From Paragordius varius (taxonomy: Eukaryota > Animalia > Nematomorpha): a DNA stretch of 64,000 nucleotides. Made by a program: the position numbers and the translations under genes. Below the pieces are notes generated by a model that worked only from the letters and a program-made list of their open reading frames with translations, was not told the origin of the DNA and ran no database searches. Shown one piece after another: positions 36,053 to 54,307 of this stretch. Position 1 is the stretch's first letter. Each line of letters opens with the position of its first letter. The stretch covers positions 992,001-1,056,000 of the forward strand of contig OZ176052.1 of NCBI GenBank assembly GCA_964247055.1. Reading direction: 5' to 3'.

Positions 36053-37462
36053 ATGACTAATTTTTCCCCTGTATATTTTGATTATAATGCGACCACTCCA
36101 TTGAGTAAAGAAGTAAAATTAAGCATTTCGAAAGCTTTGGATGTTTGGGGTAATCCTAGCAGTACTTATCAAATGGGGAAAAACGCAAAATGTTTGATAG
36201 AAGACGCCAGAAAACATGTTGCATCCATGATTGAGGCGCCTCCTGAGGATATCATATTTATGTCGGGAGGGACTGAAGCTAATAATAGTGTTATATATTC
36301 AGTAATAACCAATTTTTATAATCAAAATGTTAAAGATAGTGGCAAAATTCCTCACATTATAACCTCTCCGATTGAACATGATTCCATTATTAAACCGCTC
36401 CAATATTATAAACGCAATGGAAAAATTTCTTTATCCTATCTACCATTAAAAAATGGAAAAATTATTCCCGAATCTGTTTTTCCATTGCTAAAACCTGAAA
36501 CGTGTTTAGTTACCGTCATGTTAGCAAACAATGAAACTGGCATAATTCAACCCATATCTCAACTCTCCAGTCTACTAAAGTCTCAAAATATTGCCAAAAA
36601 CGTAATTTTACATACGGACGCAGCTCAAGCTTTGGGGAAAATTCCTGTCTCCGCCAAAGACCTTAATGTTGATGCATTAACTATAGTCGGACACAAATTT
36701 TATGGGCCTTGTATTGGTGCTCTCTACTATCGAAATGCAATGTTAAAAGATGATAAAAATAATAATCAAAATGTGTTTCAACCATTTATTTTGGGTGGTG
36801 GACAAGAACGAGGCTTACGTTCTGGCACCGAAAATGTCCCTATGATTGCGGGCTTAGGTGAAGCTTGTCACCAGGTCCATAAGAATATTAACAAAATGAA
36901 TTACAAAAACCAACTTTTAAAGCTCTCTACCCACTTTATTGACTACTTGTGCAAACTTTGTGATGAAATTAATCTACGTATAAATTTTAACAACCTAGAA
37001 ATCGTTTCGGATAAAGTTAATCATACAGACAAGGATAGGGGAAATAACAGTCTACATAAGCGTGTGAGCGAAACCTTTATTAAATTAGTAGAAGAAGGAC
37101 AAATTTTACCAAATACCTTAAATATTTCATTTCCTGATTTATCACCCTATATAATGTCAGGAAACGAAATACTTAAGAGGTGTAAGTTTGTCTGTGCTAG
37201 TACTGGTGCAGCTTGTCATTCTATTCTCGACGAAGATAAAATGATAACTGATGATAAAATAGGAGGTGACAAATGTGCATATGTTTTAAGCATTTTAACA
37301 AAAAGCGGTTTGCAAACTGAGCTAGCACAGCGTGCTATAAGAATTAGCTTGGGTTGGTATACAACTACAGATGAGATTGAAAGAGGTGTCAATGATTTGG
37401 TGGATGCAATAAAATCAATCATCTATGATAATAAAATAAACTTGATCGCTAATGTAAAATAA
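36053..37462 (+). CDS. SCLY: Selenocysteine lyase (class V PLP enzyme), intronless, 469 aa
   Basis: Motifs YFDYNATTP, FMSGGTEANN, IEHDS (Asp as in SCLY rather than the Lys of NFS1), VMLANNETG, HTDAAQ, PLP lysine VGHKFYGP, RSGTENVP and catalytic ASTGAACHS. Confidence 0.9.
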   Translation: MTNFSPVYFDYNATTPLSKEVKLSISKALDVWGNPSSTYQMGKNAKCLIEDARKHVASMIEAPPEDIIFMSGGTEANNSVIYSVITNFYNQNVKDSGKIPHIITSPIEHDSIIKPLQYYKRNGKISLSYLPLKNGKIIPESVFPLLKPETCLVTVMLANNETGIIQPISQLSSLLKSQNIAKNVILHTDAAQALGKIPVSAKDLNVDALTIVGHKFYGPCIGALYYRNAMLKDDKNNNQNVFQPFILGGGQERGLRSGTENVPMIAGLGEACHQVHKNINKMNYKNQLLKLSTHFIDYLCKLCDEINLRINFNNLEIVSDKVNHTDKDRGNNSLHKRVSETFIKLVEEGQILPNTLNISFPDLSPYIMSGNEILKRCKFVCASTGAACHSILDEDKMITDDKIGGDKCAYVLSILTKSGLQTELAQRAIRISLGWYTTTDEIERGVNDLVDAIKSIIYDNKINLIANVK

Positions 37463-37543
37463 TTTATTATGTTTAGTGTATGTTGTAATATAACATGGTA
37501 ATAAATAATTTTTGAATATAGACCGTGCTTGAGTTATTTCATC

Positions 37544-38162
37544 TTATGATGATAAAGTACGTATCAAACTTTTCATAATGCCGATAGATGAGGATCGGTA
37601 TCCGCTACCAAAATGATTCCTATAAACAGGCAAATAAATAGAATAATTGAGAGACAAATCAAATACATCCATCCTAACAATTATAAGCAATATAACCTAT
37701 AATTGTCATTTATTTCTTATTTATATTGTATTTATTTTTTAATCAATATTTATGTCATTTTTCATCTGAAAAAGTTTATACCACTAACACGAAATAAATT
37801 GATATTATTAATATATCAATCTCGCTCTTAAAGCCTAGAATTCAATTTATAACAAATTATTCATTTTATGAATTGGTAAAAAATTAAAACTCTTTATAAA
37901 TTGAAACAATAATCATCTTTGAAATAATTTCAAAATGAAACCAATGATTAAGGTAATGGAAAAGTTGATATAAGGATTGTCTTTCTTTGAAGTATGGTTC
38001 AGTTTTGGGGAAAACTGCATGATAGGCATTATAAAATTCTTGGGTGAAACCTCCAAACATTCCAGCTATGGCCAAATCAAATTCATGGTGTCCATAAAAC
38101 GCGGCTGGATCAAATACAACTAAAATTAGAATACTTAATTATAATCATAAAAAGCATTCAAC

Positions 38163-38248
<86 letters not shown>

Positions 38249-41200
38249 AACAAAAGACCTCGAATCGCTTAATTTAAATCTAGAATTAGCCAAATCAAGA
38301 GAAGAGTGGAAAAAACGGGTGTACCGTCATTTAATGGCGAATCCCCATACAAATGAATGATGATAATGATATAATTTACATTAAAGCATATTATTGTAGC
38401 ATTTCAAATCAAACTCTAAAAATAAAATGCCTTCTTGAGCTCGATATATTTTTACATTAAAATGAAAAATTTGGATTCTTTTTGAAAATATTTTACTATC
38501 TTTCACAATTTTGCATAGTGAATTAATAAAATGCATCGAGAATACTGTTGATAATTATGTCAAATTCATTTTCCCCTTTATAAGAAAATTTTCATTATTA
38601 ATAAGGAGCAAACATAAGATTTTACTTTGAGAGGTGAGAAATATTTATATAAATGGTTAAATCAACAAATTAAGGTTGTGAATTTTCAGTATTTGGTATA
38701 TAAAAAAGCCTGATTAAATCAACAATTATGGATAAAGGATTCAATGAAAAAAGTCACTGAATTGTTGAATCTCCATTAATTACTCGATAAATTTGTTATA
38801 AAATACAAATTATTAACTGGCGAGATAGATGGAAAGAGATATCAAAAGATTAATATTGTAATCATAGTTAAAGAATAAAATGGCAAATCTTAAAGGTTAA
38901 ATAGCTTAAATGATTTTTTTTAGAAAATAAATGCGATTCTCGTAGATCTTACAGCAATATTCAAAATAAAATCATCAAAGATTTTGCTCTAGAACAATTC
39001 AAAAAAAACTTATTGCAAACAAAAAAAATTATCCGGACACATTCAGGAGAAAGGAAAACGCAATTTGGTTCAATATGAAACATTTAGAGTTCCAATATAA
39101 TAGATGTTAATGAATGTGGTTTCCTTAACCACTTTAGGAGAAGTTTTAAAAGATCTAAAGGCGAAAAAAGGAACATTCTCAAACTTATTATACCATAAAA
39201 GGGAAAAATATTAGGCTTATTGCTATACTCTGAAATGCAATGGAATTAATAATTATCTTCCAAGAAAGTGATAAATTGATAGATATTTTCTATTTTTTGG
39301 TCAAAAAATATGAATATCTCACCCCTCTTTGAATATGGAAGGTGGAATAACCATTTTGAAATGAATAATGGTATAATTCACAAAAAGAAAGTTTTAATAG
39401 TAGATGATATACATACGTATACAATATTTCCTTTTTGGCCTTAAATGATTATAGCCAATATAACACCCGTTTTCTAGAGTAAAATATTTTTATTACAATA
39501 ATAAAAATAAGAGTAACAAATGCAAAGGGTGAATATCCACAAACGCGATAAAAATCCTAGGATATTTTAAAATTAGCTCATGATCAGAACCCTAGCCATG
39601 CTGTGGTTTCTGATTCGTTGAAAATGAAAAAAAATCTCCAATTTTATAAATAAAAAATTAATTATAAAAAAGTGTATAATATACATTAAAAAAATTAAGC
39701 TGAAATGCGTACAAATATAAAAAATATATATTTTTCAATTTGTAAGCATTTCAGCTTATTTTTTTTAATAAATTTCATAAATACAATGGGTAATTCTCTC
39801 AATTTATAGAATATTCATTATGAAGTATTTTTAACTTCGCTGGGTATTTAGGATTACCTCTATAAAATACACATATTTATGAATAATACTGATCTTTTTT
39901 AACTCAAAAAAATAAAATATTTAATAAATATTAAATGTATACATTTTAAAAAAAGAGTTATTAAATAATTTTAAAAATTCTTTTCATATAAATTATGCAA
40001 ACTTGGTTCGCCATTAGCAGTTTGTCCTATATTTCCACCCCAAAGGTCACCGTGTAATAAAGAGGGTTTAATTTTATTATCATTCATTAATTTTTCAAAT
40101 AGGCGTGGGATGAGTGGTTTAAGCGTCTGCCAAAGATTACAAAGTTCAGAATCGGTATGCTACATAAAAATATAATAAATTCTGAAAAAAAAACCAAAAA
40201 TAATTTAATAATAAATGTAAATATGTAAAAACAATTTGCACATTAAAACGTATTTGCGATGAAGCTAGCTAATTTCAACATAGAGCAATATATCAAGAAC
40301 TAAATAAAATCTTCGATCATTTAAAACATGTTTGAGTGAAATTATAAGTCAATTGGAATATAAAAATCCACAAAATTTGTTATAAACAGTTTTATCAAGA
40401 TATTTTTATCGTATTAACGATTCAATATATATATTTATATATAAATCGTATTGGTATATGCCCGCAATGTTGCGTAAATTACTTTTGGAAAACTAACGAC
40501 AGACAGGAGCCATTTTAATGTTCTGTAACACAAACTTCAAAGGGAAACATGCTTACAAGAGTGCCAAGCAGAAAAGGGTAGACTCAACTTATAAAACACT
40601 ATTTATGAACTCTAATCAATGCCAGACAAACCGTCATTTTTATAATTGAATAAGATAACTTACTGTGTTTTTAGAAATATCATGATTGGATAACCAAATT
40701 TTTAGGCCAGAATGTTAAATTAACAATATTAAGAAACTACTGAGAAAAGTAAGATGACATTTTAAAATCTAAAAACTGTCAAATAAACCGAAATCCGTAT
40801 ATAAGGTTCTAAAAAATTAATTAATAAATAGGTTCTAAAAAACGCTTCAGTTTTTCAATTATTATTAACATATAAAAGGTAGATCAAGGCGTCATCACGA
40901 AAAAAAACGGTAAAATATTTATTAGAATAATTGTAAATTATATGAAAAATATTTCACATTCACTACTGAAAAAACCGAGGAAGAAAGCTTGGGTTAATTT
41001 TCTATATGCAATTTACAAAGTTACAACTGAACAAACCTTCACAATTAGGGTTTTTTTGACTGGTCAAAAACCAAACAAATTAAAACGGTGAAACTCAAAC
41101 CGCGGCCCTAAAAGGTGCTTTTTGATGGCCCTAAAGTACTTATTTTTAGCATAAATATTTGCAAATGTGTCGTCAAACATCTATTAAAATTATGAGTATA

Positions 41201-41986
41201 GGTTTTTGAGAAAAGTAAAATATTTTTTGGCCCTTTAAAATTTAATAAAATTGAGATTCATACAAAAATATATAGACATCTATCTTTACATATTTGACTG
41301 ATTCTAAAAAAATGTTTATTGCTTTAATATATTTTAAGAACATTAAAGTATGCACCTTTTTGGTAAGCCAATCTATTTGAACTTGTAATCTTTGTTCAGT
41401 GTAAAAATCCTATAATAAGGTTAATGAATTATACTATCCAATCCCTATTCCAATCATTTTTTAAAGGTAGATATCCGCAACAAGTTGTAACATGAAACCC
41501 AAATTTATCAATAAAAGAACAATCCATGTTTTTTTCTTCGGAATTATATTTATCTAAATTGTGTCGATGCAATCTATTATAAATTGTTTTTTAAAACTCA
41601 GCTAATTTTTGTCCCAAGAGTTTTTGTTTCTGGCATGTTAAAATATCGATAAATTCCATTGCAAGATACGATCCAGATTTGTCAGTCATAACCTTGAAAC
41701 ATATTCAAAAAATTATTACTTTGATTGGTTTAGGTACTTTAAGGGTGTAAGTATCATATATAGCTTGTAGACTAGCATATTCACCATCAAGCATTTGTTT
41801 TGCCTAAGTTTATGGACAAAAAACTACCTTTTCGCGATCGCTAAATTTGAGAAATATATCACCAATATCAGTTTTATAACCTTCACCCTGACTTATACAT
41901 CCGCCACTTCCTTTATTTAATGGCTCAACATGTTTGATCCCCAATTCGTTAGTTAAAAGTTGCGTAATATACTCCAAATTTTTCAT
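37544..41986 (-). CDS. FN3K: Fructosamine/ketosamine-3-kinase (FN3K/FN3KRP family), 313 aa
   Basis: Exons 41828-41986, 41720-41803, 41598-41692, 41435-41573, 41356-41409, 40003-40159, 37942-38119, 37544-37619 (942 nt). Motifs [60 protein letters not shown] and [17 protein letters not shown]. Confidence 0.93.
38167..38375 (+). mobile_element. Long (TA)n tract followed by a probable LINE 3' tip
   Basis: (TA)n at 38167-38244, then [16 protein letters not shown] (resembling the RTE-type ORF C-terminus) and a short tga/taa-rich tail. Confidence 0.45.
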
Positions 41987-42018
41987 AAATTTAAAAATCA
42001 AACGATCAGCCCAAATGA
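41987..42018. promoter_or_regulatory. 32-bp spacer between divergent FN3K and EglN start codons
   Basis: ATG at 41986 (-) and ATG at 42019 (+). The EglN frame is closed by TGA at 42016-42018. Confidence 0.5.
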
Positions 42019-45882
<3,864 letters not shown>

Positions 45883-45906
45883 ACGTAATAAAATATAATA
45901 TATACC

Positions 45907-46166
45907 TACCATTTACACTTTAAATTCACTCCCTTGAACAATTTATATTCACCGTAAAATAAATTTTGTGTTTTTGTAAGATTGAAAATTACTTATATTT
46001 TTAATGAATGAAATTTTGTTTAAAATTAAAATAACACTGAAAAAATAATAAACTAAGCTATAAATATATATTTCATATTAATGATCAGTTATATTAGTCG
46101 CTCCAAAACACAATTTATTTTTGGGGTGAATTCGAATTCAAGGGTGAATTTGAATTGTAAATGGTA
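45907..46166. mobile_element. MITE family A, just 3' of the EglN stop
   Basis: taccatttacactttaaattcac ... agggtgaatttgaattgtaaatggta. Confidence 0.8.
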
Positions 46167-46789
46167 TATTGTATCTTTCCATACCTGCGCATATAATCAT
46201 GTATTATAATAACCAAAAAATAGAAAATAAATTCCTATTGGTTTGAGTAAAATGCAATTTTTGGCTCTTCGTGGATAAGAAAAGACTGCCAAGTTGTTTT
46301 TTGATATTTTTTGTCCATTTTTATGTCCATTCTTTTAAATTATATCAAATTCTTGTTTGATTTCAATCTTTTCAACTTATTTTTATTGTTATTAATGCCT
46401 CTTTTAGGCTTACGGGAAATAACATATAACTGTTTGGTTATTTGGGGTTAATATTTAGTCATTACAAATTGTTATTCCTTGGGATTGTTAATGAGGCCTA
46501 CGATTTTCTTAGCAGGAGTTAAGTCTAGCAGAATTTTCAATAAAACATTTTATATTTACTTTAAAAACGACTTTTTTATGGATTTCCAAGCTTTTCAATA
46601 TCATTTGTCGCAGAGAATATAAAGAAACGTGACAATCAGGTTTGTTTATATCAATTATAATTAAGTTATTTATTCCAAGCATTATGTAAATAGTAAAATA
46701 AATCTTTACCAGTGGTAATTATTGAAACGTTGCGGGGCGCCCGTATAACCCAAACTAATCATAAGTTTTTCTAACAGGTATAGTCATAA

Positions 46790-48000
46790 GTTTTTACCGG
46801 ACTTTTTTTTAGTAAAAATCAATCATTTGTATTGTTCATCGGCTTCGATTCAATTATCTTATATGAATGCCGTATCACAAAAACTGATTGTCTTTTGCGG
46901 CTAACCATTTGTCAAGCCAATCTCCTACGTTTTCTAAATTATGGAAGTTCTGCTCTGCAAGGGTGTGCCTCCCTTAATGCGAAGATGTATTGCAGTCAAC
47001 TGGCTCCAGGTCAAGAGATTTTAGCGGATACTAAAGAATTTTGCCATTGAAGCGATTTCAGGGTACCACCACTAACTGGTTTTGCTGTGGGATATGTAGA
47101 ATTATCCATCACCACACAATGATTTCCAACAGGGGGGGGGGCATCGCCTTCCAAGGGGAGCGCAGAGAAATTAAGGGGGCCGCGAAAAAATGAAGAATTT
47201 AATTAAAAAATAAAACCATATTGAAGAATTTCAGGTGCAAATTATCAAGATTTGTAACTGTTGCAAATACAAGGATGATTGGGATTTTTATGAGAATATA
47301 ATAAATTTTAAATTTTACATTTTTATCTTGGATTTTTTGACAGGGGGCGCAAGAATTTATTCGGTGGGGCGTGAACAAAAAAAGGTGGGGAACCACTCAT
47401 TACCAAAATTAGTGTGCCATGTGTGCTGGTCCATTCCAGTCGTTTTTCGATGGATTCATGGTTTTAAGGAAATCAATTATTGGCGATAGCGTTGTGTATT
47501 TTAGCTTCACCGGGCTTCAAAAGTTTATGATACACAAAACCGCTTTGGTCGCACCAAACACAGAGAATAAGCTTTTTGCGGAACTGATTCGGCTTTGGTG
47601 TTAATGGACCGACCGGCTTGGAATTAAGATGAAAGCCACAATTTTTTCCACTTTGGATTTATATAAAGCCGCCTCCTCCATTATCCGTCACAGCTGAATG
47701 CTAAAATGGTTTGCTTTTATGACGTTGAAACCAGATTTAATGCGATGTTCGATTTGACGTTTTCATTCAAATTGTGTTGTATCCAAGTGTTAATGAGTTT
47801 ATTAATTTATCTATCCCATTGCTGGTAAACATCTGCTGATTGTTTTTTTGTGATAAATGTAATGTTTCTGCATTATTTTGTTGAGTTGAGTCCTTATATA
47901 GCTCTTGCACTTTAGTGTGTTTGCAGTTGTAAGATCTACGAGACTGCCTACACTTTTTCACATTCACTGTGTGTATTTCGAAACCACGTTTCACTGCTTA
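46790..48000 (-). pseudogene. Decayed mariner (Mos1-like, DD34D) transposase
   Basis: Minus-strand fragments DSTQQNNAETL, YINPKWKKLW, TPKPNQFRKKLILCVWCDQSGFVYHKLLKPGE, MDNSTYPTAKPV, SLDLEPVD and HTLAEQNFHNLENVGDWLDKWLAAKDNQF follow the Mos1 motif order, with stops and frameshifts. Confidence 0.85.
47117..47398. mobile_element. hAT/Charlie-like MITE nested in the mariner relic
   Basis: Ends caatgatttccaac / ggtggggaaccactc resemble CAGTGGTTCCCAAC. Imperfect 8-bp duplication (atcaccac / attaccaa). It interrupts the mariner sequence just before the second catalytic Asp. Confidence 0.6.
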
Positions 48001-50828
48001 GATTGATTAAGCATATTCACTCATTATATTCTTCTGCCAGAAAACAATGAACTTAAACATTCGGATTAAATGAGAAATGCAATGCATGTTGCAAATATTT
48101 TTTTTCAGGCATAAAATTCCACATGATTGAATGATGAGACGCTATCTTTTGGCGGACTCAGCTTGGGTGTGTTTGTAGTTTAATGTGAGATAGGATGAAC
48201 AAATTGGGTCTGTGTGAAATTAACCGTCTGGTATATATACTATTTTCAAGCAATCTAATATCCGGATCATACCCTAATTCCAGTTTATTTCCCTATTGCT
48301 CCAATAATTTGTAAACATTTTGAACCTCTCATACAACTAGACAACAAATTGTGACTTTTTATAAGTGCCATTCTTGTAAATTTATTTCATTAAAGTACAT
48401 TGAAAAGAATGGTTCAACACCTAAGAATTTTTTATTAGGGTTTATCGAATATTTTTGTACCGATTTAACATTAAAAGTTTTAGATATAGAACCATGGATT
48501 TTGTATCATTCGAAAGAACGCGAAAAGCTGTATCTTTCAAATGGTAGTAGGTCATTAAAATCAATCTGGTGTAAAAGGTATTAGGCTTTAATTTCATCTC
48601 TTATAAGTCAAAAATTTTTAAAGACAAACTAATGTAAAATTAATATAAAATATTGTAAGTAAATAATAAAAAAATGGAAAAAACCTTTGCTAATGGATAC
48701 AGAAATGCATAGTTATAACTGTAAATTTATTATAAATGGCTATAAAAGATCAAGAATACCACTATATTTCTGATCTTTGATTTTTTATAATTAAAAGCCT
48801 TCTAAATTGATATGATGGTTATTTATTTAAAAAAACAAACAATTAAAAATGGCTGTTTGATATGACATAAAAGCAATAAATAGGTGTTTTCAAAAAACTT
48901 TCTTGTGTTATTTTTTTAGCCTTCATTGCCATCTACATAAAGCTTGAGCTAATTTCATTCATTAGTTTTAAGTATATATATTAATTAAGAAAAACGCTCT
49001 CGACGGGTTTTTCGCTTCCTATGTCCAACATATTAGTAATTTTATAGAGTTTTCATTACTCTTTCGAATGAGATATTACAAATGGGCATTTGTTGTATAT
49101 TTTACATTTTTAGTAAAATTTTGATAAAGAGGGCGCGTTCATAAAATCAAATTATACGAAATTCTTAGGTGGAATTATAATTTTTTTTCAGTACTAAACT
49201 GAAATGATAGAATATATTAGAAAACGCAAAAAACTCGAGTGGCATAAAAATTTGTTATCTCGTATAATGAGCCAAAAACAACTTTTAAAAAGTATTCATT
49301 TCAGATTTTTTTAAAAACATGTAAATTAATTTATAATTTAAATTAAATCAAAATGCTCAATTTTGATCGAATATTTAGGGATCAGGACACGGATATTGAA
49401 ACATGTATTTTACTCACCATTGTTGTTAGGGGCGGGTTTAATGTGTGAATGAAAAATATATAAAAATAAAAACATTGCTTATGCCAAAATGTTATTTCTG
49501 GTCAAATAAAAAAAATTTAACCATAAAAACACAAACAAGTAAGTTGTTTTGACCAATTATTTCTGATTCAATATGAGCTAAGTTACTGAAAACAGGTTAT
49601 ATAGTTTAAACTGTTAAGTTGAAAAAATTTTTATTTTTTCTTTTGGTCACGTACACGAAGTTTAGGTATAATTTGTTATGTTTGTTTAAAAAATACTGTT
49701 TTAAGAGTAACCAAATAGGATATAAGAGCATAATAAATTATTTATATGTTAAAATTTTCATATCCTAAGTTTGTTTAATGGGGTTAAAAAAGCAAGCTTA
49801 ATGGGTGTCAAGCTTCTATATATATATAAATCTTTTTGAAAACAATTATCTTTCTTTTTCAAGCAGAGTTAAATATTGACGTTTTTGATAGACATATATA
49901 TATTATATAACATTTTTTAAATATTAATAATTAATTTTGAATTATATAAATCTAAAACAAACAAATTGTACCGACCACTTGAGATTACACTTAATAAATA
50001 TCGGCAATGTCATTTTAGGAAATTTTAATTATTCACATTCACATTTATATCAAATAAATTTTAATGTTTATTGTTTTGTTATACATCAAAAGAAATTTAT
50101 TTTGGTAAAAATTTTTTTTATTAAATATAAAACAAATATTGCGCAATTTTAAGTGATAATTATGTTGCTTGTTGTTAATTGTTAAACATTCTCTTTGACA
50201 CCAAAGCTATTTATAAAAAGATTATGGATTATTGGCTTATAAAAACAATAAGTATATTTCATACACAGCGTAAACTTAAATGTTTGTTTTTGTTAAGTGA
50301 TATATAATGATTGATAAATAATTAGTGTCGATTTTTACATATATATAATAAAATTATTTATATTGTAATTTGGTATATGTATAGGGTATTTTTAGTTTAA
50401 ATTCAACATGCTAAGGTTTTAATTATATATACTATTATAAGTGAGATTTGCGTTTATTGGTGTCAAAACTGGACCTATTTTGCTAATCAATTACTTACTT
50501 TGATGCTTGTCGGCGATCTTGCACAAAGTTTTCTGATAAATTTTGCTTTCAAACGAATCGCAAATATTTTGAAAATTGGCATCCCCCAAAACCTTAACTT
50601 AAAGTCTGTTATTAGAATTTGCAACAAAAAAATTTGCTTTATCTTTATTGAATAAAACCCTACAATTTTATAATCCCCAATAATATATTTAGCACAAATT
50701 TCATACTGACATACGCAGACGATTACATTATTAAAATCGTTTGGTAAACTTTGATAATTTTTGTCTAAAAAAATACGAACGCTCAAATTTAATTACGACC
50801 CCTTTTGACATATAATGTATATATTATG

Positions 50829-51098
50829 TACCATTTACGACTCAAATTCACCCTTGAACAATTTAAATTCACCTAAAAATTAATTAGTTTACAAACTGAT
50901 ATAGTTCATTATTAATATGAAATGTATCTTTATGGCATAGTTTATTATTTTTTCAGTATTATTTTAATTTTATACTAGGTAATTTTTAAATAAATATATA
51001 ATTCATTTAAGGGTGAATTTGAATTATTTGAGGGTGATTTTAAATTGGTCGAGGGTAAATTTGAATTATTTTAGGGTGAATTTGAATTGTAAATGGTA
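50829..51098. mobile_element. MITE family A
   Basis: taccatttacgactcaaattcacccttgaac ... gggtgaatttgaattgtaaatggta. Confidence 0.85.
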
Positions 51099-52131
51099 TA
51101 TATATATATTACATGTCCAATGGGGGAGTACCTAAAATTTGAGCTAACGTCATCATCAACATATTATAATACGTACGTACTGTTCGTTTTTAGCTGTATA
51201 TTTATGTCACCGTATAAACGCATCCCTATATTTATTCAATGGTAAGTGTAATAATTAATCAAAGTCATTGACGATATCATGCATTGGGTTGTCAACAAAT
51301 CAAAACACATACATGTTTGATATGCACGGGCATTAAGGTCAAACTTATATATTTTAGTTAGCAGTCATTGCTAATTTTCGGGTTTGTATTTACTCAGTTA
51401 GCTGCACACCTAATGTAAATATTTCGTACTAATTGCTCGCTTACGCATGTATGCTTATCAGAAATTTAGATTTCATATGATAACTTTAAGTAAAATTATT
51501 ATTTTATATATTTTTTAATTTTTTATTGAAATTTTTTAATTAACTAGTAGTTGTATAAAAGTTTTTTTCACAAAATGGTCATATAATGTTATTAGTATAA
51601 TTAATCATATCCTCTTTGAGCATTATTATATAAATACAATTATATATAAATCAACAAAGTAAATATTTATTCAATTTTTTTCTCATTTTTCGTTAATTGA
51701 TTGCTTGCTATATAAATATTGTAATATATAATTTCCTAAAAAATTATCATCCAATATAACATAATATATCAGTATTAAATTATTATAACTATAACTATAA
51801 ACGGATGGATAACATTTTTTACTTTTTTTTGAAAAATTAATTTATTAACATTTTTTCTCACCTGTAAAAACAAGTAAATATATTTTTTATTGATATTTAT
51901 ATAACTATTCGGCACTTTCCCAAACACACAACAATGTTATATATTATAATAATGTATTTACTTATATATCTTGATTTGATACAATTTAAACTCTATATGT
52001 AATTAAAAAAGATATAATTATCAATATCAATATTAATACTTGTACACATCGGCGTTTTTAAGGAGAGTTATACTTACTTGTAAATTTATATTTGACAAAA
52101 AACCATTATTTTTTTGAAGTATAAAACGTGA

Positions 52132-54131
<2,000 letters not shown>

Positions 54132-54244
54132 AGCATAAGAAGTTAAAAAAGTTGCAAGAGTCAAAATTGCACCATCTCTATAAAAGGCGGACAGAAGGAA
54201 TCGAAAATGGAACGTTTTGCCTTATTTGGATTTACGATATAAAT

Positions 54245-54247
<3 letters not shown>

Positions 54248-54305
<58 letters not shown>
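54248..54305. repeat. (TA)n microsatellite just 3' of the FoxG stop
   Basis: Direct inspection. Confidence 0.95.

Positions 54306-54307
<2 letters not shown>

Noticed and set aside
37216-37422. Minus-strand ORFs overlapping SCLY, and similarly 52476-52748 (FoxG), 8653-8835, 162-365, 210-392 and 35353-35574
   Set aside because: Alternative-frame or antisense shadows of real coding exons, with no independent family signal.
38690-38920. Possible Harbinger/ISL2EU nuclease relic (IMDKGF-like); similar VIANKGF on the minus strand near 62950
   Set aside because: Only one short motif each and too decayed to support without an HMM search.
46408-46470. HITVWLF segment as the last EglN exon (also IKVWFSL near 44475)
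   Set aside because: Wrong phase or stop after the acceptor. The exon at 45789-45882 (RFAITVWYMD) fits exactly.
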